A DNA stretch of 64,000 nt from Myxococcales bacterium (GTDB taxonomy: Bacteria; Myxococcota_A; Polyangia; Polyangiales; DASUME01): the NCBI GenBank assembly GCA_047601445.1, contig JASGJH010000001.1:5472001-5536000 (forward strand). The letters are read 5' to 3'. The notes beneath the pieces are model-generated. The model made no database searches and was not told the DNA's origin. It saw nothing but the letters and a program-made list of their open reading frames with translations. A program made the translations under genes and the position numbers. Below are positions 18,202-28,028 of this stretch, one piece after another (within the stretch, counting starts at the first letter, position 1; each line of letters opens with the position of its first letter).

Positions 18202-19068
18202 TCACTCCGGGCGCTGCGCGAGGCCCCACTTCGCGATGGCGGCGAGCGCCGACTCGCGGCTACCGAACACGGCGATGAAGCGGTTCTTGTGGCAGAACCT
18301 GGCGTCAGGCACGCCGACTACCTTGGAGAGCTCCTCGTCGACCAGGCCGGCCCAGGCCTCCGGCAGCGGACGCTTCTTATCGAAGCTGTCGTGCTCCGGC
18401 GGGATGGCCACGAGCTGCCAGCGATCGCCCTCGGGGAAGAGCGCGTAGTCCGTGGGGTGTTGCGCGCCGCCGAACTCGAAGTACGCGCGCTTCCACTTCA
18501 GGTGGCGATCGAACGTCATGATGCGGGTGTGGTCGCGCAGCGCCTGATCCATGGCCTCTTTCACCGCGGCGCGCGCGAGCTCGGTGCGCAGCTGAGCCTG
18601 GCGCAGGCCGCGCAAGATGCCCTCGCACAACTGAACCGCTTCGGCGTAGCGCTCGTCGAACTCGCCACTACTCTCGGCCTGCTCGCACAGCGCGCCGACC
18701 ACACTGGGCAGACACGGCACCCCTTCGTCGGGCTTGCGGCGGCCGTTGTCCACCGCGTCGATGTAGTCCACCCACTGCTCCCGCAGCTTGCGCGCGAGCG
18801 CGAGATCGACCCGACCCTCGCTCTCGAGCCAGCTCAGCACCATGCCAGCCGACGAGAGCGGGCCCGTGTATTCGCGCTGGTGGTGATCGAAGCGACCGCG
18901 CGCCGCGTCGTACTCCCCGCCCACGTCGATCGCGATGTCGGCCTCGGCAATGCGCGCGAGATCGCGGGTGCGCACGAAGCGCAACGCGGGGTCGAGGAAG
19001 CAACGCAGCAGCGCTCCCGCGAAGACGTCGTCACAGTGAAAGGGGCCTGAGTGCGTAGCGACCAGCAT
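18202..19068 (-). CDS. MYG1-family (DHH-like) 3'-5' exonuclease
   Basis: THSGPFHCDD, RTRD, DVGGEYD, FDHHQ, LSSAG, IDAVDNG, FCHKNRFIA. Confidence 0.92.
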   Translation of the reverse strand: MLVATHSGPFHCDDVFAGALLRCFLDPALRFVRTRDLARIAEADIAIDVGGEYDAARGRFDHHQREYTGPLSSAGMVLSWLESEGRVDLALARKLREQWVDYIDAVDNGRRKPDEGVPCLPSVVGALCEQAESSGEFDERYAEAVQLCEGILRGLRQAQLRTELARAAVKEAMDQALRDHTRIMTFDRHLKWKRAYFEFGGAQHPTDYALFPEGDRWQLVAIPPEHDSFDKKRPLPEAWAGLVDEELSKVVGVPDARFCHKNRFIAVFGSRESALAAIAKWGLAQRPE

Positions 19069-19176
19069 CGCCCTGCTGTAGAGCAATCCTCGCCCCTGAC
19101 AAGTCTTTTGTACGGCACCCACCCTACCGCGAGGTTCGCTGCGCTCACGCTGTGCGCCCGGTGCCCGGGTCGGGCG

Positions 19177-19623
19177 TCAGCCGGCGGCTTTTTTGGCGAC
19201 CTCGTGGGCCGGCGACACGCCACGGTTGGTGGCGAGCTCACGCCGCGCTTCCTCGAGTACGCGCTCACCCTCCTGGAGGGAGCTCACCACGACGGTCACG
19301 TCGTCGCCGGGCGACGCCATCCGCGCCACGCGCGACGTTTGCAATCGCTGCACCGTATCGTCCGACAGATGCGCGCAGCGCACACAGCCGTGCTGTCGCG
19401 CATAGCCAATCTCGGCTCCCAAAACGGCCGCCACGTCCGGGTGGGTCGGCTTCATGCCTCGCATGTCCGCGAGTACGAGATGGGGCCGGTCATGAAAGCT
19501 GTCGGTTGCCTTACGGTACTCGGCAGCCCAGTCGACCATGTCTTCCATGGAGAACACACCCGCCATCTTGACGTACACCGTCATGCGGGCCTTGTCCGTG
19601 CGAATTTCGGATTCCTTCTTCAT
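19177..19623 (-). CDS. STAS/SEC14-like small protein
   Basis: VYVKMAGVFSMED...VLADMRGMKP pattern; start at MKKES; downstream of the hybrid kinase. Confidence 0.6.
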   Translation of the reverse strand: MKKESEIRTDKARMTVYVKMAGVFSMEDMVDWAAEYRKATDSFHDRPHLVLADMRGMKPTHPDVAAVLGAEIGYARQHGCVRCAHLSDDTVQRLQTSRVARMASPGDDVTVVVSSLQEGERVLEEARRELATNRGVSPAHEVAKKAAG

Positions 19624-19781
19624 GTCCCCGCGTGCCTCTCCCACCGGTGAGCGACATGACCGCGCGACTCGCCGAAAGCCCTGCGATCGGACTCGGATCG
19701 TAACTCCGTTCCCTCGGCAGAGTCTATGCGTGTGTTTCCGAATTGGGAGCGCGCACCGACAACACCACTTGCGCTTACTGG

Positions 19782-22700
19782 CTACGACGAGCGCGCCCCG
19801 TCGAGCAGGCGGCGCACCGTGGCGCGCAAGGTGTCGGCGTTGAGGGGCTTCGCGACGCACTCCACCGAGGGGCCCATGTCGCGTCCGAGCGTGACGGGAT
19901 CCGAGTATCCGGAAATGAGCAGCACGGGCAGCGCGAGGTTCACGCGCCTGAGCTCGTCGACCAGCTCGTAGCCGCTCATGCCCGGCATGACCACGTCGCT
20001 GATCACGAGGTTCGGCGCTTCGCCCGCGCGCTGAACCAGACGCAACGCCTCGAGCGGATCCCGCGTGGTGAGCACGCGATAGCCGTCCCGTGCCAGCACC
20101 TCGCGCACCACGGTTCGCACGCTATCGTTGTCCTCCACCACCAAGAGAGACTCACCACGCCCGAACTGGCTCTGCGTCTCGGACCGCGGCGCCGAAGTCT
20201 GTTCGCCCTGTGCGCCCGCGCGCGGCTCTCCTGGCACGCTGTCCACGCGCGGCAACAGGATGTCGAAGCGGGTGCCCTTGCCGACCTCGCTGCTTAGCTC
20301 CACGCGACCGCCGTGCTGCGCCACGATGCCGTGCACGGTGGGCAGGCCGAGCCCCGTCCCCTTGCCCACCTCCTTGGTAGTGAAGAACGGCGCGAACGCG
20401 CGCCCCATGGCCTCCTTGTCCATGCCGATGCCGGTGTCACTGACCCGCAAGAGCACGCAGGGCCCGCTCTGCCCCTCGCCCTGCGCGCCCTTGGCATCCG
20501 ACACCTCCGGCAGCAGCACGTTGCGGGTCTCGAAGGTCATGCGCCCACCGCGAGGCATGGCGTCGGCCGCGTTCATGGCCAGGTTCATCAGCACGCGCTG
20601 CATCTGGGCGGGGTCCGCACGCACCTGGCCAAGGTCCGACGCCAAGTGCAGCTCGATCGCGATGTTCTCACGCAGCACGCGCCGCAACATGCGCTCGAAC
20701 TTGCCGAGCTCGGCGTTCAGATCGAGGATGTGGGGCTTCAACACCTGCTGACGTCCGAAGGCCAGGAGCTGCTTGGTGAGCTCGGCCGCCTGCTCGGCCG
20801 CGTCCTTCACCTGCGTCACGTGTCGGCGTACGGTGGAGTCCTCCGGCAGCGCCTGTTGAGCCAGCTCTGCGTAGATCAACATCGGCGTGAGGAGGTTGTT
20901 GAAGTCGTGGGCGACACCGCCGGCCAGACGGCCGATGAACTCGAGCCGCTCCGCCTGATGCAGCTGGTGCTCGAGGCGCGTGCGCTCGGCTTCGGCGGCG
21001 CGTTGCGGTCCGATGTCCTGGAAGGCGGCCATGGCGTAGCGAATGGCGCCATCCTCACCGAGCACGGGCGTGCCCCAGACGGCCAGTGGCACCACCTTGC
21101 CATCGATGCGGATCTCGATGTCGTCGACCATCGAACGCTCCCCGCGCAGCGCCCGCGCCAGCGGCGTGCGTTCAGTCGGATAGGGTTGGTCGGTGCCGGC
21201 CACGTAAATACTGTAAGCGCCGAGCGTGTCACCCGGCCAGCCGGCGTCCTCGTTGACCACGCGCAAGAGCTCGCCCGCGCGCCGGTTGGAGAAGGCATGG
21301 CGGCCCTTGGCGTCCACCACGTAGACGCCCACGGGCATGCCTTCGAAGAACTCTCGCAGCAGGGATTCGCTCGAGCGCAGGGCCGAGTTGAGCTTCTGAG
21401 TCGCTTCGAAAAGCTGGGCGTTCTCCAGGGAGATGGCCGCCTGCGCCAAAAGAACCCGCAAGAGCTCCAGGCGCTCCTCCGTGAACACTCCGTCCGCGAG
21501 CGAGTTCTCCAGGAACAGCAGGCCCGGCACGTGGTCACGGTGCCGTACGGCCATGCACAAGATCGACTTCGAGTGATGGAACACCACGTAGGGATCGGCG
21601 GTGAAGGGGCCGACCTGGCCTGCGTTCTCCAGGGCGACGTCCTTTCCGGTGCGCAGCGTGTAGCGGACGATGGCCTGCGACACGAGGGTGTCGTCTTCGA
21701 GGGGCGCGTCTTCGCTGGCGAGGCGCAGCTGGCTGCTCTGAAGGTCCAGGTGAGCCCGCACGCGGAACTCCCCCTGGCGAGACACGAGCAGGGCACCCCG
21801 CTGGGCCCCGGAGGCCTGCACGATCACGTGCAGCATGCGATCGAGCAAGACCGGCATGGAGATCTCGCTGGCCAGCGCCTGCGAGGCGCGTAGAGCGCTC
21901 TCCATGTCGAGCGACCAAGTCGGGCGTATCGCGGGCCCAGGTGACGCAGTGTACTCGAGTTGGACCTCGTCGAGCGCCCTCACCTTTCCGAAGGCCCCCC
22001 AGCGCTGGTAGGCCTCGCGGGCAGCCCGCGAGAAACCGCGGGCTACGTCGGTGTTGCCACGGCGTGCGTGGGCGCGCGCGGTGAGCTCGAGCGCGAGAGC
22101 TGCGTGGTGGGGGTAACCGTTCTCCGTGGCCAGGCGGATCGCTCGCTCGTAGAACTCGGCCGCCCGTACGCGACGGCCCTCGGCCTCGGCGAGCTCGGCC
22201 TGGACGAGTGCGTAGCGGTGTTGGAAGTTCACCGGCGCGCTCTCGGCCCATTGCTTCAACAGCGCGAGCTTCGGCTCGAGCAATGCCTCGATCTGCGCGC
22301 CCTCGAAGGCGGGATCGGAGCGCGCCTCCACCAGTGAGAGACAGACCAGGAAGGTGTACTCACTGAGCCGGAGGTTCGCGGCGTTGGCCTCCTCGATCAG
22401 CGAACCCGCCTCCAGAAGGACGCGCACCACCTCGCGATGGGCGCCGAACCAGGCGTAGGCCGTGAGCTTGCAGAGGAAGAGCTGGCCGCGTGCCGGCACC
22501 GAGTCGCGCTCGCGGATGTGCTGCCGTAGTTGCTCCTCGCTCAGGTCGTCCGTGCTCAGGCTCAGGCGCTCCAAGGTCTGACCGCGCAAGCAGCGCACGA
22601 GCTGCCGTAGCGTGCGCAGCAGGAGCAAGCGCTCGTCTCCTCGCAGCGCGCGGATCTCGCGCTCTTGGTGCTCCGCCTCGGCGCATACCTCCTGCAAGGG

Positions 22701-25700
22701 CTCACCGAGCAAGAAGCGGAACTCGGGGACCCAGGAAGCGCCGAAGCTAGCGAAGAAATAGTCTCCGCTCTGAAGTCCCATCTCGATGCCGCGCTGGACG
22801 ATCGGAAGCGAGCTGCGGATGTGGTTGCCGACGAAGGCGTTGGCGCAAATGGCGAACAGGACGTGGACCTGGCCACGATAGGCGAACGCGTCGGGCCGCC
22901 GTGCGAGCGCAAGGCCCAGCTGTCCGTAGGCATAGGCGCGCTCGTAGTCGTGCTCCCGGGCCACCAAGTATCCGCTGTAGCCCGAGCAGAAGGTGGCCGC
23001 CACGGACGTCAGCCCATGGCGCGCCGCGAGGCGCATGCCCTCGTGGGCGAACCAGAAGAACAACTTGCGGTCCGCGATGAAGGCTGGCGCATGCAGCTGG
23101 CTCATCAACTTGAGCACAGCCACTTGCTGGGGGTCGGTGGCGTCGCGCTGCTTCGCGAAGCGCTCGATGCCCATGGCGCGCAACACGACTTCGGTCTTCA
23201 CCTTGGTCGTCACCAAGGGGACGTTGCTGCGGAGATCGGGGATGGGGTGACCGAGCGCCGCGAGCACCTCGCGACCGAGCTCCACCGCGCGCGCGTAGTT
23301 GCCGCGGTTGGTCTCGAAGCCGATGCGGATGGTCTCGAGCTCGGCTCGCTCGAGTACGCTGCGCAGGCCCGGGGTCATCTCCTCCAGGAGACGCCCTGCG
23401 TCCTCGAAGCGCCCGGCCAGATAAGCGCACTCCACGCGCCCGCGCTGCAGCGCGAACCACAGTGCGTAGTGCACATGGGCGGGGTCGCGCGCCCCCGCCC
23501 TCGCCTGCAGGGCTTCTAGGCCCGACTCGTGGTAGCGCAGCCCTTGCTCGTAGGCCGTCCCGCTACGAGCGCGCTGTCCTGCCTGCAAATTGAGCTCTGC
23601 CAACGAGAGTTGCTCACGCGGATCGTCGATCAGCGCGACGCCGCGGTTGAGATGATCGACGATGTCGAACACGGCGTCGACGTCGGGGTCGCTGTCGGCC
23701 GGGCTCCTCCGATCCCGCATGACGCGCCCAACCCGGAGATGCAGGGGCGCTCGTTCGTGCTCCAGCGGCGCGGCGATCTGCTGCAGACGATCATGGCGAA
23801 AGCGATAGTGGTAGTTGACGCCTTGTTGCGTGACCGGCGCGCTCACGTCGACGAGACCCGAGGGATAGCGATCCTCGAGGGCCACGATCAAACGCTCCCG
23901 GATCGCGGGTGCCAGGCGGGCGCGCATGTCCTCGGACGAGGTGTCCGCGGCGGCCGCGATCAGCTGCAAGTCGAACTGATTGCCTACACAGGCCGCCAGC
24001 TGCAGTGCGCTCTGCGTGGCGGGCGGCAGGCGCTGGAGCTTCTTCGCCATCAATTCGGCGAGACTCGCGGTGATGCCCAGGTCTTCGACCTCGCGCAGAT
24101 CCCAGGTCCAGCGGCCGTGCTCCGCCGAGAAGCGCAGCAATTTGTGTTCGTAGAGCGCGCGCAGGAATTGGTCGATGTAGAACGGGTTCTTGCCGGTGCG
24201 TTCGGCGATCAGCTCGGCCAGCGCCTCCACCTCCACGTCGTCGCGATGCAGGGTGTCTGCGACCCAGAGCTGCACGTCCTGCTGCGTCAGGCCAGACAGC
24301 GCGAACTGGCGTACGTCGACCACCTGACGCTCGAGTTCGGCGAGCAACGAGCTCAGGGGATGGTCTGGCGATACCTCGGAGGCGCGGTAGGCACCGATCA
24401 CGAGCAGCGCAGGCGGTTCCGGCAAGCGCAGGAGCGCCGACAGCGCGTGCAAGGTGGCAGCATCGGCCCACTGCAGATCGTCGAGGAACATCACCAGGGG
24501 TCGCTGCGGTCCCGCAAAGACCGAGAGGAACCTGGCCAGCGTGAGGTCGAAGCGATCCTGAGCCTGTACCAGGGAGGTCTCGGGCACTTCGGCCTGGGGC
24601 CCGACGATCTTCTCGAGCTCTGGCACCAAGCCCACGATGAGTCCTGCGTTGCTCGAGGTGCGCTCGAGGATCTCCCGACGGTAGCGGCTGAGCTCGTGCT
24701 CCGGCAGCGAGAGCAGGCAGCGGCAGAGCTGGCCGAGCGCCTGGGCCAGCGCCGAGTACGGGGCGTTGCGGTGGACCTGATCGAACTTGCCCGACACGAA
24801 GCGACCGCCTCGTTTGAGCGTGGGCTCGCGCAGATCCCCGATCAGGGAAGACTTGCCCAAGCCTGGGTCTCCGCTCACGAGCAGCATCGTTTTGTGGCCC
24901 GTCACGGCCGCGTCGAGCGCCCCCAGCAGCGCAGCCCGCTCGCTGCTGCGGCCGTAGTGGCGCTCGGAGACCACGAAGCGCTCCGGCAGGTCGTCGACCC
25001 CGAGCGCGAACGGCTGCGGGTTTCCCGAACGCAGGCGCCACAGACACTCGTCGAGGTCCACCACGATGCCGCGTGCGCTCTGGTAGCGCTCGTCTGGACT
25101 CTTGGCCAAGAGCTTCTCCACCAGCCGCGAGACGTGCTGGGGAATGCGCGGGTCGAGCTCGCTGAGCGCAGGCGCCGTGAGTGCAATGTGCGAGTGGACC
25201 ATCGCCAGCGCATCCGATGACTCGAAGGGAGTCCGCCCGGCGAGCGCGTGATAGAGCACGGCCCCCAGGGAATAGAAGTCCGAGCGGTGGTCCACGCCGC
25301 GGTGGATGCGTCCCGTGTGCTCGGGCGAGATGTAGGCCAGCGGCATGGCGTGCTCGTCGAGCTCGAGCGGCGGCGTCTCGCATCCGTCCTTGCCCTGCTG
25401 CGGCAGCTGCACCGCCCAGGCAAAGTCCACGATCTTGGCGGTCCAGAGCTGCGTGTTCACCACGATGTTGCCGGGATGGATCGCCCGGTGAACCACGTCC
25501 TGGCGGTGGATTTCGCTCAGCCCGAGCGCCACCTGTCTCGCGAGGTGCAGCGCGCGATCCGACTCGAGCGGTCCGGCGCGCAAGAGCTGCGCGAGCGAGG
25601 TATCGCCGAAGGCTTCCTCCACCAACGTGACGCGGTCGCGCTCGTGCTTGACGGCCAGGTAGCGCACCACATGGGGCGAGCGAATCGACTTGCCGATGGT

Positions 25701-25871
25701 GTACTCGCGCTCGAGCCGCGCGAGCGCGAGGGCATGAGGGGGCTCTCCGGCACTCTCCTTGAGCACGACCGGTTCCCCCGTCGAGCGCTGGGTCGCACGT
25801 AGGATCCGAGACCGCACTCCACGATGCACTTGTTCGCCGATCACGAAGTCGGAACGCACCGGACTGCTCAC
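19782..25871 (-). CDS. Multidomain (pseudo)Ser/Thr kinase-AAA ATPase-GAF-PAS-His kinase-receiver protein
   Basis: Kinase-like N-terminus (YISPEHTGR, SDFYSLG), Walker A GDPGLGKS, FLDDLQWAD, GAF (QAAISLENA), H-box GVAHDFNNLL, GTGLGL, receiver SDVVMP. Confidence 0.93.
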   Translation of the reverse strand: MSSPVRSDFVIGEQVHRGVRSRILRATQRSTGEPVVLKESAGEPPHALALARLEREYTIGKSIRSPHVVRYLAVKHERDRVTLVEEAFGDTSLAQLLRAGPLESDRALHLARQVALGLSEIHRQDVVHRAIHPGNIVVNTQLWTAKIVDFAWAVQLPQQGKDGCETPPLELDEHAMPLAYISPEHTGRIHRGVDHRSDFYSLGAVLYHALAGRTPFESSDALAMVHSHIALTAPALSELDPRIPQHVSRLVEKLLAKSPDERYQSARGIVVDLDECLWRLRSGNPQPFALGVDDLPERFVVSERHYGRSSERAALLGALDAAVTGHKTMLLVSGDPGLGKSSLIGDLREPTLKRGGRFVSGKFDQVHRNAPYSALAQALGQLCRCLLSLPEHELSRYRREILERTSSNAGLIVGLVPELEKIVGPQAEVPETSLVQAQDRFDLTLARFLSVFAGPQRPLVMFLDDLQWADAATLHALSALLRLPEPPALLVIGAYRASEVSPDHPLSSLLAELERQVVDVRQFALSGLTQQDVQLWVADTLHRDDVEVEALAELIAERTGKNPFYIDQFLRALYEHKLLRFSAEHGRWTWDLREVEDLGITASLAELMAKKLQRLPPATQSALQLAACVGNQFDLQLIAAAADTSSEDMRARLAPAIRERLIVALEDRYPSGLVDVSAPVTQQGVNYHYRFRHDRLQQIAAPLEHERAPLHLRVGRVMRDRRSPADSDPDVDAVFDIVDHLNRGVALIDDPREQLSLAELNLQAGQRARSGTAYEQGLRYHESGLEALQARAGARDPAHVHYALWFALQRGRVECAYLAGRFEDAGRLLEEMTPGLRSVLERAELETIRIGFETNRGNYARAVELGREVLAALGHPIPDLRSNVPLVTTKVKTEVVLRAMGIERFAKQRDATDPQQVAVLKLMSQLHAPAFIADRKLFFWFAHEGMRLAARHGLTSVAATFCSGYSGYLVAREHDYERAYAYGQLGLALARRPDAFAYRGQVHVLFAICANAFVGNHIRSSLPIVQRGIEMGLQSGDYFFASFGASWVPEFRFLLGEPLQEVCAEAEHQEREIRALRGDERLLLLRTLRQLVRCLRGQTLERLSLSTDDLSEEQLRQHIRERDSVPARGQLFLCKLTAYAWFGAHREVVRVLLEAGSLIEEANAANLRLSEYTFLVCLSLVEARSDPAFEGAQIEALLEPKLALLKQWAESAPVNFQHRYALVQAELAEAEGRRVRAAEFYERAIRLATENGYPHHAALALELTARAHARRGNTDVARGFSRAAREAYQRWGAFGKVRALDEVQLEYTASPGPAIRPTWSLDMESALRASQALASEISMPVLLDRMLHVIVQASGAQRGALLVSRQGEFRVRAHLDLQSSQLRLASEDAPLEDDTLVSQAIVRYTLRTGKDVALENAGQVGPFTADPYVVFHHSKSILCMAVRHRDHVPGLLFLENSLADGVFTEERLELLRVLLAQAAISLENAQLFEATQKLNSALRSSESLLREFFEGMPVGVYVVDAKGRHAFSNRRAGELLRVVNEDAGWPGDTLGAYSIYVAGTDQPYPTERTPLARALRGERSMVDDIEIRIDGKVVPLAVWGTPVLGEDGAIRYAMAAFQDIGPQRAAEAERTRLEHQLHQAERLEFIGRLAGGVAHDFNNLLTPMLIYAELAQQALPEDSTVRRHVTQVKDAAEQAAELTKQLLAFGRQQVLKPHILDLNAELGKFERMLRRVLRENIAIELHLASDLGQVRADPAQMQRVLMNLAMNAADAMPRGGRMTFETRNVLLPEVSDAKGAQGEGQSGPCVLLRVSDTGIGMDKEAMGRAFAPFFTTKEVGKGTGLGLPTVHGIVAQHGGRVELSSEVGKGTRFDILLPRVDSVPGEPRAGAQGEQTSAPRSETQSQFGRGESLLVVEDNDSVRTVVREVLARDGYRVLTTRDPLEALRLVQRAGEAPNLVISDVVMPGMSGYELVDELRRVNLALPVLLISGYSDPVTLGRDMGPSVECVAKPLNADTLRATVRRLLDGARSS

Positions 25872-26095
25872 TTCACTTCCTAGCCATCATCGTAGCCCGC
25901 AACTGGCCCAGCTCGGCTACGGTTGCAGCTGATTCGTTTCAGCAGAAGATATCGGTGCGAGAGGTATGCTGCATAGCGTGCGCTCACGCTCTGTTTCGTG
26001 AGCTGGCAACCAACGCTCGCCCGCTCCCGTCCCAGATGGACCACCCATCCGAGTCGTGCGAGCGAGCGAGCTAGCCCACGTGCTAACAAGGCGCC

Positions 26096-26581
26096 ATGAA
26101 TCCACTCGCGAGTCGTCGCTTGAGTCCCGACGACTGGGCGCTGTGGCGTGAGCTGCGACTGCAGGCATTGGCCGAGTCTCCCCATGCCTTCGGTTCCACG
26201 CTCGCCGACTGGCAAGGACGTGCGGACGCGGAGCAGCGCTGGCGCGCGCGGCTGCGCGACGTCCCCTTCAACGTGGTGGTCCAGCGCGGGGGAACCTGGG
26301 CGGGCATGGCGAGCGGAACCACCTGCCAGACAAACACCGTGGAGTTGCTCTCGATGTGGGTCGCGCCCTGGGCGCGCGGTGCAGGCGCGGGCGACCATCT
26401 GGTTCGCGAGGTGGCCGAGTGGGCTCGCGCGCAGAGCGCTCGGCAGCTCGTGCTGCGCGTGTACGTGGGCAATGCGGCGGCCCTTTCGCTCTACCGACGC
26501 AACGGCTTCGAACAGACCAGCGTGATCAAGGCGCGCTCGGCAGGTCGTGCAGACGAAGTCGAGCTCGCGCTCGCGCTCTAG
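26096..26581 (+). CDS. GNAT-family N-acetyltransferase
   Basis: SMWVAPWARGAGAG (motif A), NAAALSLYRRNGF. Confidence 0.9.
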   Translation: MNPLASRRLSPDDWALWRELRLQALAESPHAFGSTLADWQGRADAEQRWRARLRDVPFNVVVQRGGTWAGMASGTTCQTNTVELLSMWVAPWARGAGAGDHLVREVAEWARAQSARQLVLRVYVGNAAALSLYRRNGFEQTSVIKARSAGRADEVELALAL

Positions 26582-26738
26582 GGGGTGTCCCTAATTCCGG
26601 TGCGCGTCAGGGCGCGGATTTCCGTCGCATCGCGAGCGCGCCCGCAGGCTCGACCTGAAGGTCGGGCCGAGGACGAAAGCCGCGATGCGGCGGAAAGGCG
26701 CGATGCTGGCGTGCGCCGGAATTAGGCACGCCCCCTAG
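26578..26738. mobile_element. Palindromic MITE-like element flanked by CTAG
   Basis: 33-nt terminal inverted repeats including the CTAG (ctagggggtgtccctaattccggtgcgcgtcag / ctggcgtgcgccggaattaggcacgccccctag), internal nested IRs, no ORF. Confidence 0.7.
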
Positions 26739-26747
26739 GGACACCGC

Positions 26748-27599
26748 CTACGGACAGCGTCGTCCGTCGCGATCAATGGCGCAGGGCTCGTTGGACTCCG
26801 TGAAGCCATTGGGCTGGCAGCCGTTCGAGAACTGGTAGCACTGCCCCTCCGAATCACGTCCGTAGGTGACGAACTCACTGCATCCCTGCACGCTCGTGCC
26901 GCAGCCCACCTCCACCTCGCGATAGCAGCCCAGCTTGGCGTCGAACTGTTCCGCATGGAAGGTCGAGCAGCGCGGGTCGCCCTTGCAGGACTCTACCGGA
27001 AGCGAAGCACAGTGCTCGTCGCACGTCGCGCCGCTCGCATCCGAGGGACAGCCGACGTCGATGTAAGCCACCACGTCGAAATCGAGCAGCGCCCTGACCT
27101 GCTCGTAGGTGACCTGCGGCAGCACCACCTGCTCATTCCACTCTTGTGGCTCGAAGCCCAGCTGCGCCGCGTACGCCAGCACGCAGCCGCGATCGTCGTA
27201 GCCCTCCACGCGCAGGAAGAAGGAGGAACGCGCGTTCGGCTCGTCCATCAAGAGCTGCAGCCAGTTGCCGAAGTTGACGGGAGCGCGGGGCATGTCATCG
27301 CGCAAGGCCTGCTGGCAGGCTCCGCCGTCGACCTCGGGAAACGACCCATCGTGGGGTCGCTGCATCGAGGCGTCGTAGGGCGAGGGCTTGGCTTGTTGCG
27401 CTTGCATCCACGCCACCAACTCGCGCCGCACGGCCTCCCAGTCGATGTCCGGCTCGGACGACGCATCGGTCGCGCCCGCATCGAGCGCGTCACCGTGCTG
27501 GGGTCGGCCGACATCCGAGGGAGGCGCAGCGTCATCGCCACACCCACTGGAGAGCGACAAGACGGCCACGACCGCGTGGAAGACGGGAGAAAGTCGCAT
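26748..27599 (-). CDS. Cys-rich lipoprotein, hypothetical
   Basis: Lipobox SSGC after a hydrophobic stretch (start MRLSP); Cys-rich C-terminus. Confidence 0.7.
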   Translation of the reverse strand: MRLSPVFHAVVAVLSLSSGCGDDAAPPSDVGRPQHGDALDAGATDASSEPDIDWEAVRRELVAWMQAQQAKPSPYDASMQRPHDGSFPEVDGGACQQALRDDMPRAPVNFGNWLQLLMDEPNARSSFFLRVEGYDDRGCVLAYAAQLGFEPQEWNEQVVLPQVTYEQVRALLDFDVVAYIDVGCPSDASGATCDEHCASLPVESCKGDPRCSTFHAEQFDAKLGCYREVEVGCGTSVQGCSEFVTYGRDSEGQCYQFSNGCQPNGFTESNEPCAIDRDGRRCP

Positions 27600-27619
27600 G
27601 GGAGATGGAGAGGTTTCTA

Positions 27620-27930
27620 TCACCGAGCGCGCTGCACAGGAAGAAGCTCGGGCGGGGTGGTCTTCACATAGAGCACCGCGGTCACCAGGCTCATCAAGCT
27701 CGCCAGGCTGACCATGAAGGGCAAGGTCCGGCTGCGACCTTGGGCAGCAGACTCCACATGCCGGCCCACAGGCTGGGCGGCGTGACCGCACGGGAGAGCA
27801 CGTCCGGGGCTCGCGCGACGCAGTCGGTGCACAGCTCGCGCCCCCAAGAGGCCTGCAGCGGGGCAAAGGTCCTGCCGCACAGGCAGGGCGTGGGCACCGA
27901 ACCGACCGGTTCGGGGTCGAGCGACGTCAT
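27620..27930 (-). pseudogene. Possible frameshifted zinc-finger + membrane protein remnant
   Basis: CLC...CTDC N-terminus in one frame continues into hydrophobic TLPFMVSLASLMSLVTAVLY in another frame near 27728. Confidence 0.3.
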
Positions 27931-28028
27931 CTCGACCCACTCTATCTCGCCGGCGCATTGGACGTGGATGTTGCCGCGCCCCTCCCCCGCGGGTGCACCA
28001 AGCGCACTCAGAGGGTATCTTCGGCGCC

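Noticed and set aside
27931..28028. T-box leader for ileS
   Set aside because: No T-box consensus or antiterminator, and the region is too short
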